Of a stretch of 41,196 bases of DNA, positions 40,558 through 41,196 are shown in pieces (the stretch's first letter is position 1; each line of letters starts with the position of its first letter). The DNA lies in the NCBI GenBank assembly GCA_002400365.1, contig DHFK01000084.1, forward strand, positions 3,678 to 44,873, written 5' to 3'. Made by a program: the position numbers and the translations under genes. Under the pieces are notes generated by a model, which saw only the letters and a program-made list of their open reading frames with translations, was not told the origin of the DNA and did no database searches. This stretch comes from Anaerolineales bacterium UBA4826. Its GTDB lineage: Bacteria; Chloroflexota; Anaerolineae; UBA4142.

Positions 40558-41196
40558 TTACCTCACACTCTCGCGCAGTTCCTTTATCGCCTCTGTCACA
40601 CTCACGGCGTCATTGAAGATCGCGCTCCCCGCCACGAGCACGCGCGCGCCCGCCGCGACCGCGCGCGGCGCGGTCGCCACATGAATTCCCCCGTCCACTT
40701 CAAGTTCGACGTTCAACCCACGCGCATCAAGCATCTGGCGCATTGCCGCGATTTTCCGCGGCATCGTCTCGATGAACGCTTGCCCGCCAAAGCCCGGGTT
40801 CACGGTCATTATCAGAACGAGATCAACGAATGGCAGAATCTCTTCCAACGTTTCGATCGGCGTCGCGGGGTTGAGCGCCACGCCCGCCTGCTTATTCAAC
40901 CCCTTGATCTGCTCGACGGTGCGGTGCAGATGCGCGCAGGCTTCTTGGTGCACGGTGATAATGTCCGCGCCCGCGCTCGCGAAATCGGCAATGAATTTTT
41001 CCGGCGACTCGATCATCAAATGCGCGTCGAGCGGCAAGCGCGTCCGCGGTCGCATTGCGGCGACGACGACGGGACCGATCGTCAGGTTCGGGACGAAATG
41101 CCCGTCCATCACGTCAACGTGGATGTAATCCGCGCCGGCGTTTTCGGCTTCTTTGACTTGCTCTCCCAGCCGCGCGAAATCGGCGGAGAGGATGGA
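40558..41196 (-). CDS. rpe: Ribulose-phosphate 3-epimerase (a few N-terminal codons lie beyond the window end)
   Basis: The frame is open to 41196: [39 protein letters not shown]...[10 protein letters not shown]...DGG. Confidence 0.9.
   Translation of the reverse strand, partial: SILSADFARLGEQVKEAENAGADYIHVDVMDGHFVPNLTIGPVVVAAMRPRTRLPLDAHLMIESPEKFIADFASAGADIITVHQEACAHLHRTVEQIKGLNKQAGVALNPATPIETLEEILPFVDLVLIMTVNPGFGGQAFIETMPRKIAAMRQMLDARGLNVELEVDGGIHVATAPRAVAAGARVLVAGSAIFNDAVSVTEAIKELRESVR

Overview
GC-rich bacterial chromosomal window, mostly housekeeping. Its gene order resembles Firmicutes/Chloroflexota-type genomes: rpmB <> asp23-fakA-degV-degV-recG-coaD-yceD-rpmF-fabD-fabG-asp23-nusB on the minus strand. 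I call about 50 protein genes. They cover lipid synthesis (plsX, fabF, fabD, fabG, FakA/FakB), ribosomal proteins (L9, L28, L32), recG, coaD, nusB and a partial rpe. Also present are a GGDEF cyclase, a two-component system, two MFS transporters, HtrA, a polysaccharide deacetylase and several unknown membrane or secreted proteins. I saw no rRNA, tRNA, CRISPR array or transposase. The most interesting locus is a plus-strand thiol-redox operon (about 12.87-16.2 kb): consensus promoter plus palindromic operator, trxA, FmdB zinc ribbon, CsoR-family repressor, a two-domain PDO/glutaredoxin-like gene, a free-standing archaeal-type ThrRS-editing/DTD2-like protein, a CoA-binding protein, OsmC and a ferredoxin. 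The ORF track splits the PDO gene in two at an in-frame TGA (14376-14378). That TGA falls exactly where homologues have the first Cys of the CPxC active site, and SECIS-like hairpins follow it, so I read it as a candidate selenoprotein. Other points: an AT-richer RelE/Phd toxin-antitoxin cassette with a consensus, apparently leaderless promoter sits between fabD and fabG. Two adjacent genes share an uncharacterised C-terminal domain. A large family of intergenic hairpin repeats is built from short tandem units and creates spurious ORF extensions. All functional calls come from reading the translations and from remembered family motifs; no searches were run.
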